Source of the DNA: an uncultured Desulfobacteraceae bacterium
GTDB taxonomy: Bacteria > Desulfobacterota > Desulfobacteria > Desulfobacterales > UBA5616
NCBI GenBank assembly: GCA_964386565.1
Contig: CAYLRU010000005.1
Span: 79,068 to 143,067 of the forward strand
Reading direction: 5' to 3'
Length of the DNA: 64,000 bases
Shown one piece after another: positions 39,876-50,338 of the stretch. The notes below the pieces were generated by a model, which ran no database searches, had not been told where the DNA came from, and saw nothing but the letters and a program-made list of their open reading frames with translations. The first letter of the stretch is position 1. Every line of letters begins with the position of its first letter. A program made the translations under genes and the position numbers.

Positions 39876-41291
39876 ATGAAACAAGTCGCGATAGAGGAAA
39901 AAACAAAACCTTTCAGGCTGGTAAAGTATTTTACACTGTCCAGTCTTGTCGTTATTTTCTTCGGCATACTCGTGTTGTCCGTCTTGAACACGCATTTGGC
40001 AAGAAAACTGCAGCAGGAAAAAAGCGAGGCATATGCCCGCGTTCTGATTGAAAATTTAAATCACCAGATATTTCTGCAGTTCGTTATCCCCGTGGCCATT
40101 CAATTCGGCAAAATCCAACTCCGGAATCCCGAACAGTTCGAACGAATGGATAAGGTTGTCAGAAGCACATTTCATAGTTTCGACGTGGAGATGGTGAACA
40201 TCTACGACCTGGAAAACACGGTTTCGTACAGTTTTAATAAAGACATCATCGGAAAGGAAAATATCGGCGGAACCGGTTTTCAAAACGCTCTTGACGGCCG
40301 GATGACATCAAAAATCGTACAAAGGGGAAATTTTCTGGAAATATTGTTCGGATTCCCCAAGGAAAGCCGGATGCTGACCTTTGCACCGTTAAGGGCTGAA
40401 AAACCGCTCTCAACACTTTCAGGCCCCATACTGGGCGTCGTGGAGATCGTTCAGGATCTGTCCGAGGATTACCAATCTATTTTCAGATTCCAGATCCTTG
40501 TGTTTTCCACCATTTCATTTGTAATGGTTTCTATTTTCATTGTGATGCTGCTGATCGTCAGAAGAGGGGAAAGCATCATACGGCAAAGGGCCCTGGAGAG
40601 ACTAAAGCTGGAAGAAAAATTAAACCGCGCCAAGCATCTTTCATCCCTGGGCGAAATGACAGCCGGCATTTCCCACGAGATCAGAAACCCCCTCGGCATC
40701 ATTAAAAGTTCCGCGGAACTATTGAAAAAAAAGATGAGCGGTTTTGACGCCGCCAATAAAATACCGGATATCATCATCGAGGAATCCAGCAGGCTGAATA
40801 ATATTATTACGGATTTTTTAAATTACGCCAGGCCCAAATCGCCTTCCCATGCCGACTGCCGGATAGCCGATATTCTTGAAAAAAACATCACATATCTCAA
40901 GCCGCAAATCGAAGAAAAAGGTTATGTTATCAAAACATATATCACAGATGCACTGCCCCCGCTGTCTGCCGACGCAGACATGCTGCACCAGGCGTTTTTA
41001 AATATTCTTCTAAATGCAATGCAGGCCATGCCCGACGGCGGTGAAATCCAGATTGAAGTCAATTCAACAGACCATTCCGTTATCATCGTTTTTGAAGACG
41101 AGGGGCCCGGAATCGCTCCGGAAAACATCGATAAAATCTGGAATCCTTTCTTTACCACAAAAGAAACAGGGACCGGGCTGGGTCTGGGCATTGTAAAAAA
41201 CATCATCGAATCACACGGCGGCACCATCGATATCCGTAACAACACCCCTTTGCGGGGTGTCAGCGTCAGGATTGAATTACCGGTGAATTAA
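39876..41291 (+). CDS. sensor histidine kinase (2 TM, periplasmic sensor domain, HisKA, HATPase), tentatively PilS/AtoS-like
   Basis: H-box ISHEIRNPLGI and N/G boxes (LLNAMQAM, DEGPGI, GTGLGLGI). Divergent from the pil operon. Confidence 0.85.
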   Translation: MKQVAIEEKTKPFRLVKYFTLSSLVVIFFGILVLSVLNTHLARKLQQEKSEAYARVLIENLNHQIFLQFVIPVAIQFGKIQLRNPEQFERMDKVVRSTFHSFDVEMVNIYDLENTVSYSFNKDIIGKENIGGTGFQNALDGRMTSKIVQRGNFLEILFGFPKESRMLTFAPLRAEKPLSTLSGPILGVVEIVQDLSEDYQSIFRFQILVFSTISFVMVSIFIVMLLIVRRGESIIRQRALERLKLEEKLNRAKHLSSLGEMTAGISHEIRNPLGIIKSSAELLKKKMSGFDAANKIPDIIIEESSRLNNIITDFLNYARPKSPSHADCRIADILEKNITYLKPQIEEKGYVIKTYITDALPPLSADADMLHQAFLNILLNAMQAMPDGGEIQIEVNSTDHSVIIVFEDEGPGIAPENIDKIWNPFFTTKETGTGLGLGIVKNIIESHGGTIDIRNNTPLRGVSVRIELPVN

Positions 41292-41302
41292 GGAGTATTC
41301 CC

Positions 41303-42694
41303 ATGGAAACCATCTTAATCGTGGATGATGAAAAAAATTATCCGCCGATCTTAAGCGCCGTTTTAGAAGATGAGGGCTATGAAACGCTGACCGCCAATTC
41401 CGGCCGGGAAGCCCTTCTCATATTAAATGACTCCGACATCGACCTTGTTCTTACCGACATGAAAATGCCCGGCATGGACGGCATCGAGCTGCTTGAAAAA
41501 ATCAAATCCTGTGATCCTGACTTGCCGGTGATCATGATGACGGCGCACGGTACCGTGGACAAGGCGGTCGAGGCAATGCAGAAAGGGGCTTATACCTATA
41601 TTCTTAAACCGTTTGACAATGACCGGCTGGTTCTTTTCGTTGAAAAGGCAATTGCCATGTTCCGTGTGATAAAGGAAAACAGAAGGCTTCGGGATGCTGT
41701 TGAATCCCAGTACAAGTTCGGCAATATCATCGGCAAGACAAAAGTGATGAAAAGCATCTTTGAAACCATTCAAAAAGTTGCTCCCACGCCGGCAACGGTA
41801 TTAATTGAAGGTGAAAGCGGAACGGGAAAAGAGCTTGTTGCCAAATCCATTCATTTTAACAGCCCCCGCCATGACAAGCCGTTTATCCCGGTTAACTGCT
41901 CGGCTTTTGTCGAGACCCTTCTGGAAAGCGAACTTTTCGGCCACGAAAAAGGAGCCTTTACCGGGGCTGTTTCCATGAAAAAGGGACGTTTCGAACTGGC
42001 TGACGGCGGCACCCTCTTTTTGGATGAAATCGGTGAATTGTCCCCGAACCTGCAGGTAAAGCTCCTCCGGGTACTCCAGGAAAAAAGCGTTGAGCGGGTC
42101 GGCGGCATAAAGCCCATATCCGTTAATATCCGCCTGATTTCGGCGACCAACAAAACGCTGGAGGATGAAATCAGCCACGGCAGGTTCAGGGAGGACCTGT
42201 ATTATCGATTAAATGTTGTACGAATCGTCATTCCCCCTTTAAGGGATCGCAAGGAGGATATTCGTCTGCTGGTAAATCATTTTATAAAAAAATATGCAGA
42301 AGAGCGAAAATCCGATATTCCCATAAAAGGAGTGGACCATGAAGTCGAGCGTCTCTTTTACGATTATCCCTGGCCGGGAAACATCCGGGAACTTGAAAAC
42401 ATCATCGAGCGGGCCATGATATTATGTCCCGGAGAGTTAATTACCCCTGCTGATTTGCCCAACGAGTTTAAAAGCAGCATCGACAACACGCTCCGGCTGG
42501 ACGGCATTCCGGTGAATGCAAATCTTTATGAGACAATGGCCAAGGTGGAACAGGAGATGATCATCAGGGCGCTGAAAGTCACCAACAACGTTCAATCCCA
42601 TGCCGCCCGGTTGCTGGGTATCGGAAAAAGCGGCCTCAATCAAAAGATTAAAAAATACAACCTGGATATAACCGCCGAGACGGACAAGCGATAA
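41303..42694 (+). CDS. sigma-54-dependent response regulator (REC-AAA+-Fis HTH), tentatively PilR/AtoC-like
   Basis: Receiver D (LVLTDMKMPGMDG), Walker A GESGTGKE, intact GAFTGA (HEKGAFTGA), C-terminal Fis-type HTH. Confidence 0.9.
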   Translation: METILIVDDEKNYPPILSAVLEDEGYETLTANSGREALLILNDSDIDLVLTDMKMPGMDGIELLEKIKSCDPDLPVIMMTAHGTVDKAVEAMQKGAYTYILKPFDNDRLVLFVEKAIAMFRVIKENRRLRDAVESQYKFGNIIGKTKVMKSIFETIQKVAPTPATVLIEGESGTGKELVAKSIHFNSPRHDKPFIPVNCSAFVETLLESELFGHEKGAFTGAVSMKKGRFELADGGTLFLDEIGELSPNLQVKLLRVLQEKSVERVGGIKPISVNIRLISATNKTLEDEISHGRFREDLYYRLNVVRIVIPPLRDRKEDIRLLVNHFIKKYAEERKSDIPIKGVDHEVERLFYDYPWPGNIRELENIIERAMILCPGELITPADLPNEFKSSIDNTLRLDGIPVNANLYETMAKVEQEMIIRALKVTNNVQSHAARLLGIGKSGLNQKIKKYNLDITAETDKR

Positions 42695-42736
42695 TCCCCG
42701 GAGAGGTTGCCTGTTCATGGAAGCGTTTATAAGATC

Positions 42737-43444
42737 CTATCGCTTCGAGGACCTTGTACCGATTTTCTCCTTAACTATATCAGCATATATCGAATCGGGA
42801 TAAGACTTCAATATTTCTTGATAATATTCGATTTCCCTGTCATGCTGACCGTTTTTCGAAGCCATGCGTCCCAGGCTGTAAAGAACTTCATCCTTAAATC
42901 CCATATCCGGCCCCGCATTGATGGTTTCCATATATTTCTGGGCATTCTCATTGTCTCCGATCTGTTCGTAAGCATACGCCAGCCCTTTTAAAATCAGCGT
43001 TCTGTAAAAGGGATCCCCGTCAAAATCCGTCAACGCCCGGTTATAAAGAGAAATGGCCAAATCATATTCCCTGGTGTCACAGGCGATATCCGCCAGAAGA
43101 ATCCGGGCGAGTTTTCCCGCTTTTTTCCCGGGGTATTTTTCCAAAACCATTTCAAAATCGTTTTTTATGTCTGCCGGTAATTTCTCCGAGCCGGCACCTT
43201 CGCTCAACTTATCAATCTTATCCAACCCGGTCTGCAGCAGCTCAAACGCCTTTTTTTCCGTCTGTATGGAATAATATCGAAAACCGGAAATGACGAGGAT
43301 AAGAACAACAATAACACCGCCGGCACTGATAATCTTTTGCCTGTTTTCAGTTGCCGCCCGTAGTAATTTGCCGGTGAAGGTGATAAATTCATCCGGTGCT
43401 TCGAGTTCTCTTTTCCGGGAGCGCGAAATTCGCTTCTTTGCCAT
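42737..43444 (-). CDS. membrane-anchored TPR protein (YfgM-like architecture)
   Basis: Basic N-terminus, a single TM (IISAGGVIVVLILVISGF), then TPR-like helices. GGAGGG SD before the ATG at 43444. Confidence 0.55.
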   Translation of the reverse strand: MAKKRISRSRKRELEAPDEFITFTGKLLRAATENRQKIISAGGVIVVLILVISGFRYYSIQTEKKAFELLQTGLDKIDKLSEGAGSEKLPADIKNDFEMVLEKYPGKKAGKLARILLADIACDTREYDLAISLYNRALTDFDGDPFYRTLILKGLAYAYEQIGDNENAQKYMETINAGPDMGFKDEVLYSLGRMASKNGQHDREIEYYQEILKSYPDSIYADIVKEKIGTRSSKR

Positions 43445-43495
43445 TTTCCCTCCGATGGACAATCCATTTGTGATCATCCATATGATTTAATGTTG

Positions 43496-43939
43496 TCACC
43501 AAACCAGTGAGGCATGGATCCATCCCCTGTCTCCGTCCGCATGCTCTATATACAGCCATTTGCCCTGTTTTTTAATGACCTTGAACGGGACCCCCCTTTC
43601 CACCACAAACAAAATCGTATTGGCCGAACCCGTACCGGGACCGGACCGGATATTGCATTTCTCCTTTGTTGTTATCACCGAAGGGATATCCTTCACAAGG
43701 GATTTGTGAATCCACCCCTTATCGCCTTCAAAGTCCTTGAAATGATACCATTTCCCTTTTGTTTCAATCACTTCTATGGGGTAATACCGTTCGGCCTTCC
43801 ACAGGATATCATAATTGTTCGTCCCCGGGCCGGACCGGATGTTTGCCACGGATGCCGAAACAGCCAGGCGTTGGGCATGGGCATTGACGGAAAATGAAAA
43901 AAACAGGACCATTACACATAAATATCGATTTATCGTCAT
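43496..43939 (-). CDS. secreted protein with two bacterial SH3 domains
   Basis: Signal peptide ...SVNAHA. Two copies of the NIRSGPGT...KGKWY/QGKWL...GD[K/R]GWIH[K/A]SLV pattern. GGAGGTGG SD. Confidence 0.7.
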   Translation of the reverse strand: MTINRYLCVMVLFFSFSVNAHAQRLAVSASVANIRSGPGTNNYDILWKAERYYPIEVIETKGKWYHFKDFEGDKGWIHKSLVKDIPSVITTKEKCNIRSGPGTGSANTILFVVERGVPFKVIKKQGKWLYIEHADGDRGWIHASLVW

Positions 43940-43973
43940 GGCACGCCACCTCCGCAATCATGCAAGGGATTTT

Positions 43974-44906
43974 TTATTCGACGACAAATACCCTGCGCCG
44001 TTCATCAAGACGCGTTATCCCTTCCGCAATCGCCTCTTTTACGGCCTGTTCATATTCCTTCACGGGCAGGCCTGTTGAAAGTTCCATTATTTCAGATGCT
44101 CTCCCACAGGGTCGGTACTGGGGCATGATATTGACATATGTATTTTTTGAAATTTCACCGGCAATGAACCGCATGATCCGTCGCGTTCCGGCCAGCCCGT
44201 GCGGCAGGACCAGGTGTCTGACCAGCAGTCCCCTGCGGGCAATGCCGTCTTCATCGATATAAAGGTCTCCCGTCTGCCGATGCATTTCCCGCAAGGCGTT
44301 TTGGGCCGTTTCCGAATAGTCGGCTGCATTGCAGGCTTTATCGGCAATGGACGATTCCCAGAATTTAAAATCCGGCATGTAGATATCGATGACCCCTTCA
44401 AGCAACCGCAATGTGGAAACCTTTTCGTAAGCACTTGAATTGTACACCAGGGGTATTGAAAGCCCCTTTCCGACGGCGATTTCAATTGCCGAAAGTATCT
44501 GGGGAACCACGTGGGACGGTGTTACAAAATTAATATTGTGGCACCCTTCGTTCTGCAAGTGGATCATCACATCGGCAAGCTGTTCGGAAGAAACTTTCCG
44601 TCCGTATCCCTGATGACTGATGTCGTAATTCTGACAAAAATTACACAGCAGGTTGCAGTGGGTAAAAAATATGGTTCCGGATCCATTTGTCCCCACCAGC
44701 GGGGCCTCTTCCCCGAAATGTGGATTATAACTGGAAATCCATGCTCTTTTGCCCGTCTTGCAGATCCCGGTTTCACCCACATTCCGATTGACGCCGCATT
44801 CCCGCGGGCAAAGGCGGCAGTTGTCCAACACGTCGTATGCCGTCTTGATCTTTTCCGGAAACAATCCGTTTTGATATGTTTCGATATAAAACGGCTCAAA
44901 GGGCAT
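43974..44906 (-). CDS. radical SAM protein, PflX-like (COG1313-type)
   Basis: N-terminal CRLCPRECGVNR motif, then the radical SAM cluster CNLLCNFC. Confidence 0.78.
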   Translation of the reverse strand: MPFEPFYIETYQNGLFPEKIKTAYDVLDNCRLCPRECGVNRNVGETGICKTGKRAWISSYNPHFGEEAPLVGTNGSGTIFFTHCNLLCNFCQNYDISHQGYGRKVSSEQLADVMIHLQNEGCHNINFVTPSHVVPQILSAIEIAVGKGLSIPLVYNSSAYEKVSTLRLLEGVIDIYMPDFKFWESSIADKACNAADYSETAQNALREMHRQTGDLYIDEDGIARRGLLVRHLVLPHGLAGTRRIMRFIAGEISKNTYVNIMPQYRPCGRASEIMELSTGLPVKEYEQAVKEAIAEGITRLDERRRVFVVE

Positions 44907-44922
44907 GTGTCTCCATCACCTC

Positions 44923-45165
44923 TTAACCCGTGGGTCCGGGAATATCATACGTCGTACACGAACCGCTTGAGCAGTTTCTTGTCCGGCTGCTGATCCCGGT
45001 GCTGTTTGACCCGCCTGCCACATGGTGGGCCGTGGCACTCATAACCCGTTCAAATTCTTCAGAATGACATGCAGGACAGCACATTTCAACCGTGTCCTGG
45101 ATGTTCATTACCAGCAATTCAAAACATTCATTGCAGCGTAAGCACCTGAATTCATATATCGGCAT
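44923..45165 (-). CDS. FmdB-family zinc-ribbon protein
   Basis: MPIYEFRCLRCNECFE ... CPACHSEEFERV (CxxC...CxxC). Confidence 0.75.
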   Translation of the reverse strand: MPIYEFRCLRCNECFELLVMNIQDTVEMCCPACHSEEFERVMSATAHHVAGGSNSTGISSRTRNCSSGSCTTYDIPGPTG

Positions 45166-45189
45166 TCGCTCACCTCTTTTTACAATATT

Positions 45190-47367
45190 TTATGTAACCG
45201 GAAAATTTATCACAAAATTTGCGCCTTTGCCATCATTATCTTTCAGGCTCAGGGTCCCGCCGTGTCTTTCCACGATTTCATGGCAAATATAGAGGCCCAG
45301 CCCGGTCCCCTTTCCAACGGGCTTTGTTGTGAAAAAGGGCTTGAAAATGTCCAACCGGTGCTTCTTTTCGATTCCGGGTCCCGTGTCTTTGCATTCAAAA
45401 ATCACCTGGTTGACTTCTTTTTCGAAACGCGTCGTGATCATGATTTCACCGCCGGTCGGTTTTACCGCCTGAATGGCATTTTTAATGATATTAACGGCCA
45501 CCTGCCCCAGATTGGCAAAATTTCCCCGGATGGCGGGCAAATTCGGTCCATAATTTTCTATAATGGTAAAATCGCCGTTTTTATATTGATTGTACAAGAC
45601 TCTCAATGCATTTTTTACCACCGTGTTGATATTCACATCTTCCGAAAATGTCCTGGTCTGTCTGGACAGCCCCAGAAGGCTTTCCACAATATGTTTGGCC
45701 TTTTCCAATTCTCCCCGGGCGAATTCCAAATCATCGATAAAATTTTCATCCAGAGGGGTCTTCCCGTCCCATTGTTTAAGATCCTCAACAGACGATTGCA
45801 AAAGACTCATAACAGAGGCCAGGGGATTGTTCAACTCATGGGCCGCACCTGCCACCAGTTCCCCGACGGCCGCCAGGCTCTCCGACTTGATCAGCCGTTC
45901 CTGGGATATTTCTTTTTCATACAGGGCCTGCTTCAGTTCCCGGGTCCTCTCCGCCACTGTCTTCTCCAGATTTTCGTTCAGCCGGTTTAACAGGGCATAG
46001 GATCTTGCATTTTCAAATGCCAGTGCGCTCTGATCCGCCAGAATTTCCAGCAAATCGAAGTCCTCGGGCGTAAAGAGTTCTCCCGAGCGCTTTTCTCCCA
46101 TGGTCATAAATCCCGTCAACTCGTCCTTGTAATACATGGGAATAATGATATCGGCGTTTAATTGTTCGAATTCATTGATCAATTCTTTACCATCCCGTTG
46201 CATCTGGTTGGCCATATAGCGTTTTCTGAAAATAATTCCCTGCCCGGCCCTTAATTCACGGATGACGGCCGAGTCCTTGCCCGATACCGTGCTGTTGACG
46301 TCCATGTCCGCCGTATCGGCGATCTGGCAGATAAAATTTCCATCCGGTTTCTCTCTTAAGTAAAGCCGACCGTTTTCAACCTGCATGGTTTGGGAAACGG
46401 CGGTCATAATCATTCGTGCAATCTGATGAACATCCAGAACCGATGTGATTTTTCGACCGACGGATTTAACCGTCTTCTGGTAATCGTATTTTTTCCGAAA
46501 AAAGACGCGATCGACAAAAGCCTGTATTTTTTCCTTCAAGGGCGCCACAAAACAGGCAGCCAGCAGAATAAACCCGAAAGAGAGATAAAACGAATCCGAC
46601 TGATTGAACCCGTTGATCAGTCTTCCGGCTCCCAGGATAATAACCGCATACAAAGCCGTCAGAAAGGAAGTCAACAGCGTATAAATCAATCCCTTGTGAA
46701 TCAACGTACCAGTATCCAGCAGGTCATGCCGAAACAAACCGATTCCGAAAACGGCCAGGGGGATAAAGCTCCAGTTTCCCGGGGGGTATACCGCATAACC
46801 GCTGATGGGAAAAATATTCAACGCGTTTAACAGGCCCAGCAGACCGAAACCGACAAACATGTAGCGGAGCCTGTATTTTCCGAGGCTGCTTTTCTCCCAT
46901 CGGATGGCCCGGTATATCAGGCACAACACGTACACCGACACGCATAACGACATTATACCGAAAAACGGGTACAGGGGACCTCCCAAAGCAAAATATCCGA
47001 AATAATACGGTTGCATGGATCTGATATAAAGGTCGGACTGGGTAAACCACATGAGGAAGAACGCATATGCGTATGCCGTGATAACCAGCCATTTCCGTTC
47101 AACACCCAGATAGACATGAAAAAAATGAAGGTACACGGGCGACAGGTAAACAATAAAGATATGGTCTGCGCGGCTGATCACAAGGGCTGTTTCAGCCGAT
47201 TTCACATTAAACACCAACAGGATGTCAATGAACAGAAACGACCCGAAAAGACAGATGACAAAAAAGAGCACATCCGCCCGGGTCCATCGACCGTGTTTTA
47301 TCGTGATCGCGCCCAACCATAGAAAACTGCACAGTGTGAGAAACGGCGGCAGACTGTAAATCGTCAT
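45190..47367 (-). CDS. sensor histidine kinase with N-terminal 7-TM domain, GAF, HisKA and HATPase
   Basis: About 280 aa of TM helices, a GAF-like segment, H-box AAHELNNPL, and G boxes (DTGPGI, GTGLGL). The ATG overlaps the recN stop (ATGA at 47364-47367). Confidence 0.85.
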   Translation of the reverse strand: MTIYSLPPFLTLCSFLWLGAITIKHGRWTRADVLFFVICLFGSFLFIDILLVFNVKSAETALVISRADHIFIVYLSPVYLHFFHVYLGVERKWLVITAYAYAFFLMWFTQSDLYIRSMQPYYFGYFALGGPLYPFFGIMSLCVSVYVLCLIYRAIRWEKSSLGKYRLRYMFVGFGLLGLLNALNIFPISGYAVYPPGNWSFIPLAVFGIGLFRHDLLDTGTLIHKGLIYTLLTSFLTALYAVIILGAGRLINGFNQSDSFYLSFGFILLAACFVAPLKEKIQAFVDRVFFRKKYDYQKTVKSVGRKITSVLDVHQIARMIMTAVSQTMQVENGRLYLREKPDGNFICQIADTADMDVNSTVSGKDSAVIRELRAGQGIIFRKRYMANQMQRDGKELINEFEQLNADIIIPMYYKDELTGFMTMGEKRSGELFTPEDFDLLEILADQSALAFENARSYALLNRLNENLEKTVAERTRELKQALYEKEISQERLIKSESLAAVGELVAGAAHELNNPLASVMSLLQSSVEDLKQWDGKTPLDENFIDDLEFARGELEKAKHIVESLLGLSRQTRTFSEDVNINTVVKNALRVLYNQYKNGDFTIIENYGPNLPAIRGNFANLGQVAVNIIKNAIQAVKPTGGEIMITTRFEKEVNQVIFECKDTGPGIEKKHRLDIFKPFFTTKPVGKGTGLGLYICHEIVERHGGTLSLKDNDGKGANFVINFPVT

Positions 47368-49067
47368 GTTTTTTGATCCAGCATCTCCGTTGCATGGTCC
47401 AGCGTTTTTCGGGTAATCCGCTCCCCGCCCAGCATTCTGGCGATTTCCCGGACCCGGTCTTTTTTTGGAATGCGGATAATGGCGGTTCTCGTTCTTCCAT
47501 TCTCCACATATTTTGTAATTTTAAAATGATGGTCGGCGAATTTGGCGATTTGAGGCAAATGGGTGATGCAAATGACCTGGTGATATCGGGACAAGGCCAG
47601 CATTTTCTTCCCCACCACTTCCGCAGTCCCACTCCCGATACCGGCATCAACCTCGTCAAATACAACGGTCTCCAGGGATTCCGTATTGGCCAGGATCGAC
47701 TTTAACGCCAGAACGATTCTGGAGAGTTCTCCGCCGGAAGCAATGCCGGCTAAAGGCTTTAACGCCTCCCCGACATTGGGGGATATCATAAACGTTGCCT
47801 GATCCCTGCCGGTATCAAGAATCACCTGGCCGTCACTTACGAGATAGGGATTTGCAGATTCATCCGCCGGCCGGGCCGTGATCGCCACCAAAAATTTTGT
47901 GCCCCCCATTTTCAGGTCGCATAACTCGCGTTCAACCTTTTCAGCCAGCACCATCGCCGCTTCCTGCCGTTTTGCGGACAGTTCCCGCACATCCCTGCAT
48001 AACTGTTCATTCAATTGCGCCAGTTTTGTTTTAACCGACTCGATTTCCCGGCTGATATTCTCAAGGGAAAAGAGATCGTTTTCGATCTGCACCAACCGAT
48101 CAAGAACGGCCGCCAGTGATCCGCCGTACTTCCGTTTCAGTTTGGCCAATGTATCCAACCGGGCTTCAACCTGCTCCAACCGGTCCGGATCGATCTGAAT
48201 GGTCTTCAGATATGACCGCAACGCCGCGGTGAGATCCTCCACATGGTATACAGCCTCTCCGATTCCCTCATGGGTTTTCACCAGCGTCGGGTCGATTTTT
48301 GATGCCTTATCCAGGTACCTTGAGGCTTCGGACAGCAATTCAATGACGGATCCCTGACGATCATAAAGCGCATCGATGCAGGTATTGACGGCTTGATAGA
48401 GAAATTCGCCGTTTTTCAGGCGGTTTTTCTCCGTGTTTAAGTCATCGTCTTCACCGATATGGATTTCAGCCTCGGTGATTTCTTTCTTCTGGAATTCAAG
48501 AAGCGCTGATTGCTGGGCCTGTGTCCGTTCCAGCGCCGACAGGTTGTCCAGTTCCTTAATCAACGGGATTATCCGGTAATAGCACTGGCGGACACGATCC
48601 CGAAGTGTCGTCAATTCTCCGAACTGGTCCAGCACCAGGAGTTGGAAGTCTTCCCGTAAAAGCCCCTGGTGGGCGTGTTGACCGGAAATACCCGCCAGAT
48701 TTTCAGTCAGCGACAACAACTGCGATATGGTGGCCGTTCGTCCGTTAATGTAAATTTTATGGCGGTTATGGCGGGATATGATTCTTCGGATGAACAACCC
48801 GTCCTGGGGATCGAGGTCGTTTTCCTTCATTCTCAGGTAGGTTTTACTTCCGGGCGTTATTTCAAAACAGGCTTCTATTTCCGCTGTTTCACATCCGGTG
48901 CGGATCAGGCCCGAGGACGCCCGTCCCCCTAAAATCAAATTCATCGCATTAATAATGATGGATTTGCCGGCCCCGGTTTCTCCGCTTAGGATGGTCAGTC
49001 CTTTGGAAAATTCGATACGAAGATCATCAATAATCGCGAAATTTTTTATCGACAGCTCACTGAGCAT
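47364..49067 (-). CDS. recN: DNA repair protein RecN
   Basis: MLSELSIKNFAIID...LSGETGAGKSI Walker A, long coiled coil, and C-terminal ASGGELSR signature followed by VFDEVDAGIG. The ATG at 49067 is preferred over the TTG at 49076. Confidence 0.94.
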   Translation of the reverse strand: MLSELSIKNFAIIDDLRIEFSKGLTILSGETGAGKSIIINAMNLILGGRASSGLIRTGCETAEIEACFEITPGSKTYLRMKENDLDPQDGLFIRRIISRHNRHKIYINGRTATISQLLSLTENLAGISGQHAHQGLLREDFQLLVLDQFGELTTLRDRVRQCYYRIIPLIKELDNLSALERTQAQQSALLEFQKKEITEAEIHIGEDDDLNTEKNRLKNGEFLYQAVNTCIDALYDRQGSVIELLSEASRYLDKASKIDPTLVKTHEGIGEAVYHVEDLTAALRSYLKTIQIDPDRLEQVEARLDTLAKLKRKYGGSLAAVLDRLVQIENDLFSLENISREIESVKTKLAQLNEQLCRDVRELSAKRQEAAMVLAEKVERELCDLKMGGTKFLVAITARPADESANPYLVSDGQVILDTGRDQATFMISPNVGEALKPLAGIASGGELSRIVLALKSILANTESLETVVFDEVDAGIGSGTAEVVGKKMLALSRYHQVICITHLPQIAKFADHHFKITKYVENGRTRTAIIRIPKKDRVREIARMLGGERITRKTLDHATEMLDQKT

Positions 49068-49087
49068 GATGGTCAACCCGAGAAAAT

Positions 49088-50107
49088 TTAAAATACGCTT
49101 CTGGCTTTGGCGATCTTGTCCACATCACCCATCACCACCATTTTCATTCCCCGGCGGATAATTTCATCCGGGGACGGGTTGAAGATGATTTCATCCCCCG
49201 GTCGCCTGACGCCCAATACCAGAAGCTGGTATTGTTCATTCAGCCCGCAATCTTTCAATGTTTTTCCAATGGCGATGGAATCATCCGATATCCCGACCTC
49301 GCTTATTCTCATGGTGCCCTTTTGGCTTCTTAACATCATGTCCAGGAAATCAACCGCAGTGGGCCGGATCATTTCAGAAGCCATTCGCAGCGCACCGATG
49401 ACGTTGGGTGAAACAACCCGGTCTGCCCCGGCTTTTTTGAGCTTTTCCTTCAGGATGGGATCGGTCATTCTGCTGACGATTCGCATGTGGGGATTCAGCA
49501 TTCTGGACGTCATCGTGATATACAGGTTGTCCTTATCGGAAGGAAGACAGATAATGATGCCGGCAGCTCTTTCGATGCCGGCTTTCAGCAGATTCTGATC
49601 ATCGGTTGCATCGCCTTCGATATAAAACAGTCCTTCGATCTGTTTGCACCGTTCAAGTTTGTCGGAATCGCGTTCAATCAGAACAACGGTCTCCCGGTTG
49701 CTGACCAGTTCCGCCGCAAGCGGACGGCCGGTTTGTCCGCCGCCGCAAACAACATAATGCCTGCTGAGCTTGTCAATTTGTTTGGCCATCTTGTTTTTCC
49801 TCAAAATACCGGATAATTCACCCTCGATAATGAGTGCGGTGATGGTGCTGATGCCGTACAGGATGATCCCCATCCCCAATGTGATCAGCATCATGGTAAA
49901 GACTTTGGCGATTGTATTGCCGGTGATATCAATGACTTCTCCGTATCCCACGGTTGTCAGTGAAATCACGGTCATGTACACGCAATCCAGGTAACTTTCC
50001 TTCCCGTTGAGAATGATGTAATATCCGCTGCTCCCGAAAGCAACAATCATTATAATGGACAGCAGGATCAGGTATAATCTTCTTTTAATACCCAATTTCA
50101 ACCTCAC
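49088..50107 (-). CDS. 2-TM potassium channel with RCK domain (canonical TVGYG filter)
   Basis: SLTTVGYGEV (49940-49954), Rossmann motif VCGGGQTGR, and a TrkA-C-like C-terminus. Confidence 0.85.
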   Translation of the reverse strand: MRLKLGIKRRLYLILLSIIMIVAFGSSGYYIILNGKESYLDCVYMTVISLTTVGYGEVIDITGNTIAKVFTMMLITLGMGIILYGISTITALIIEGELSGILRKNKMAKQIDKLSRHYVVCGGGQTGRPLAAELVSNRETVVLIERDSDKLERCKQIEGLFYIEGDATDDQNLLKAGIERAAGIIICLPSDKDNLYITMTSRMLNPHMRIVSRMTDPILKEKLKKAGADRVVSPNVIGALRMASEMIRPTAVDFLDMMLRSQKGTMRISEVGISDDSIAIGKTLKDCGLNEQYQLLVLGVRRPGDEIIFNPSPDEIIRRGMKMVVMGDVDKIAKARSVF

Positions 50108-50338
50108 GAATCAAAGCAGCTTCAACATCCTGCCGAAGGCGGAACCCGACAGCGTTGTTGCGGCCCGGCTGAAAATACCGGCATGTCACCCAAATGTGCC
50201 GTTTTTTCGCCGGAGCGCACCTTGCCCTTGAACCTGATTCGATGTTACGAAACCGCTTTCATGCATGTTACACGATCGATATCCGGGTTCAGACCGAATT
50301 TATGGGGTTGCGGAAAGAAAAAACTGCAGAACGGGTTG

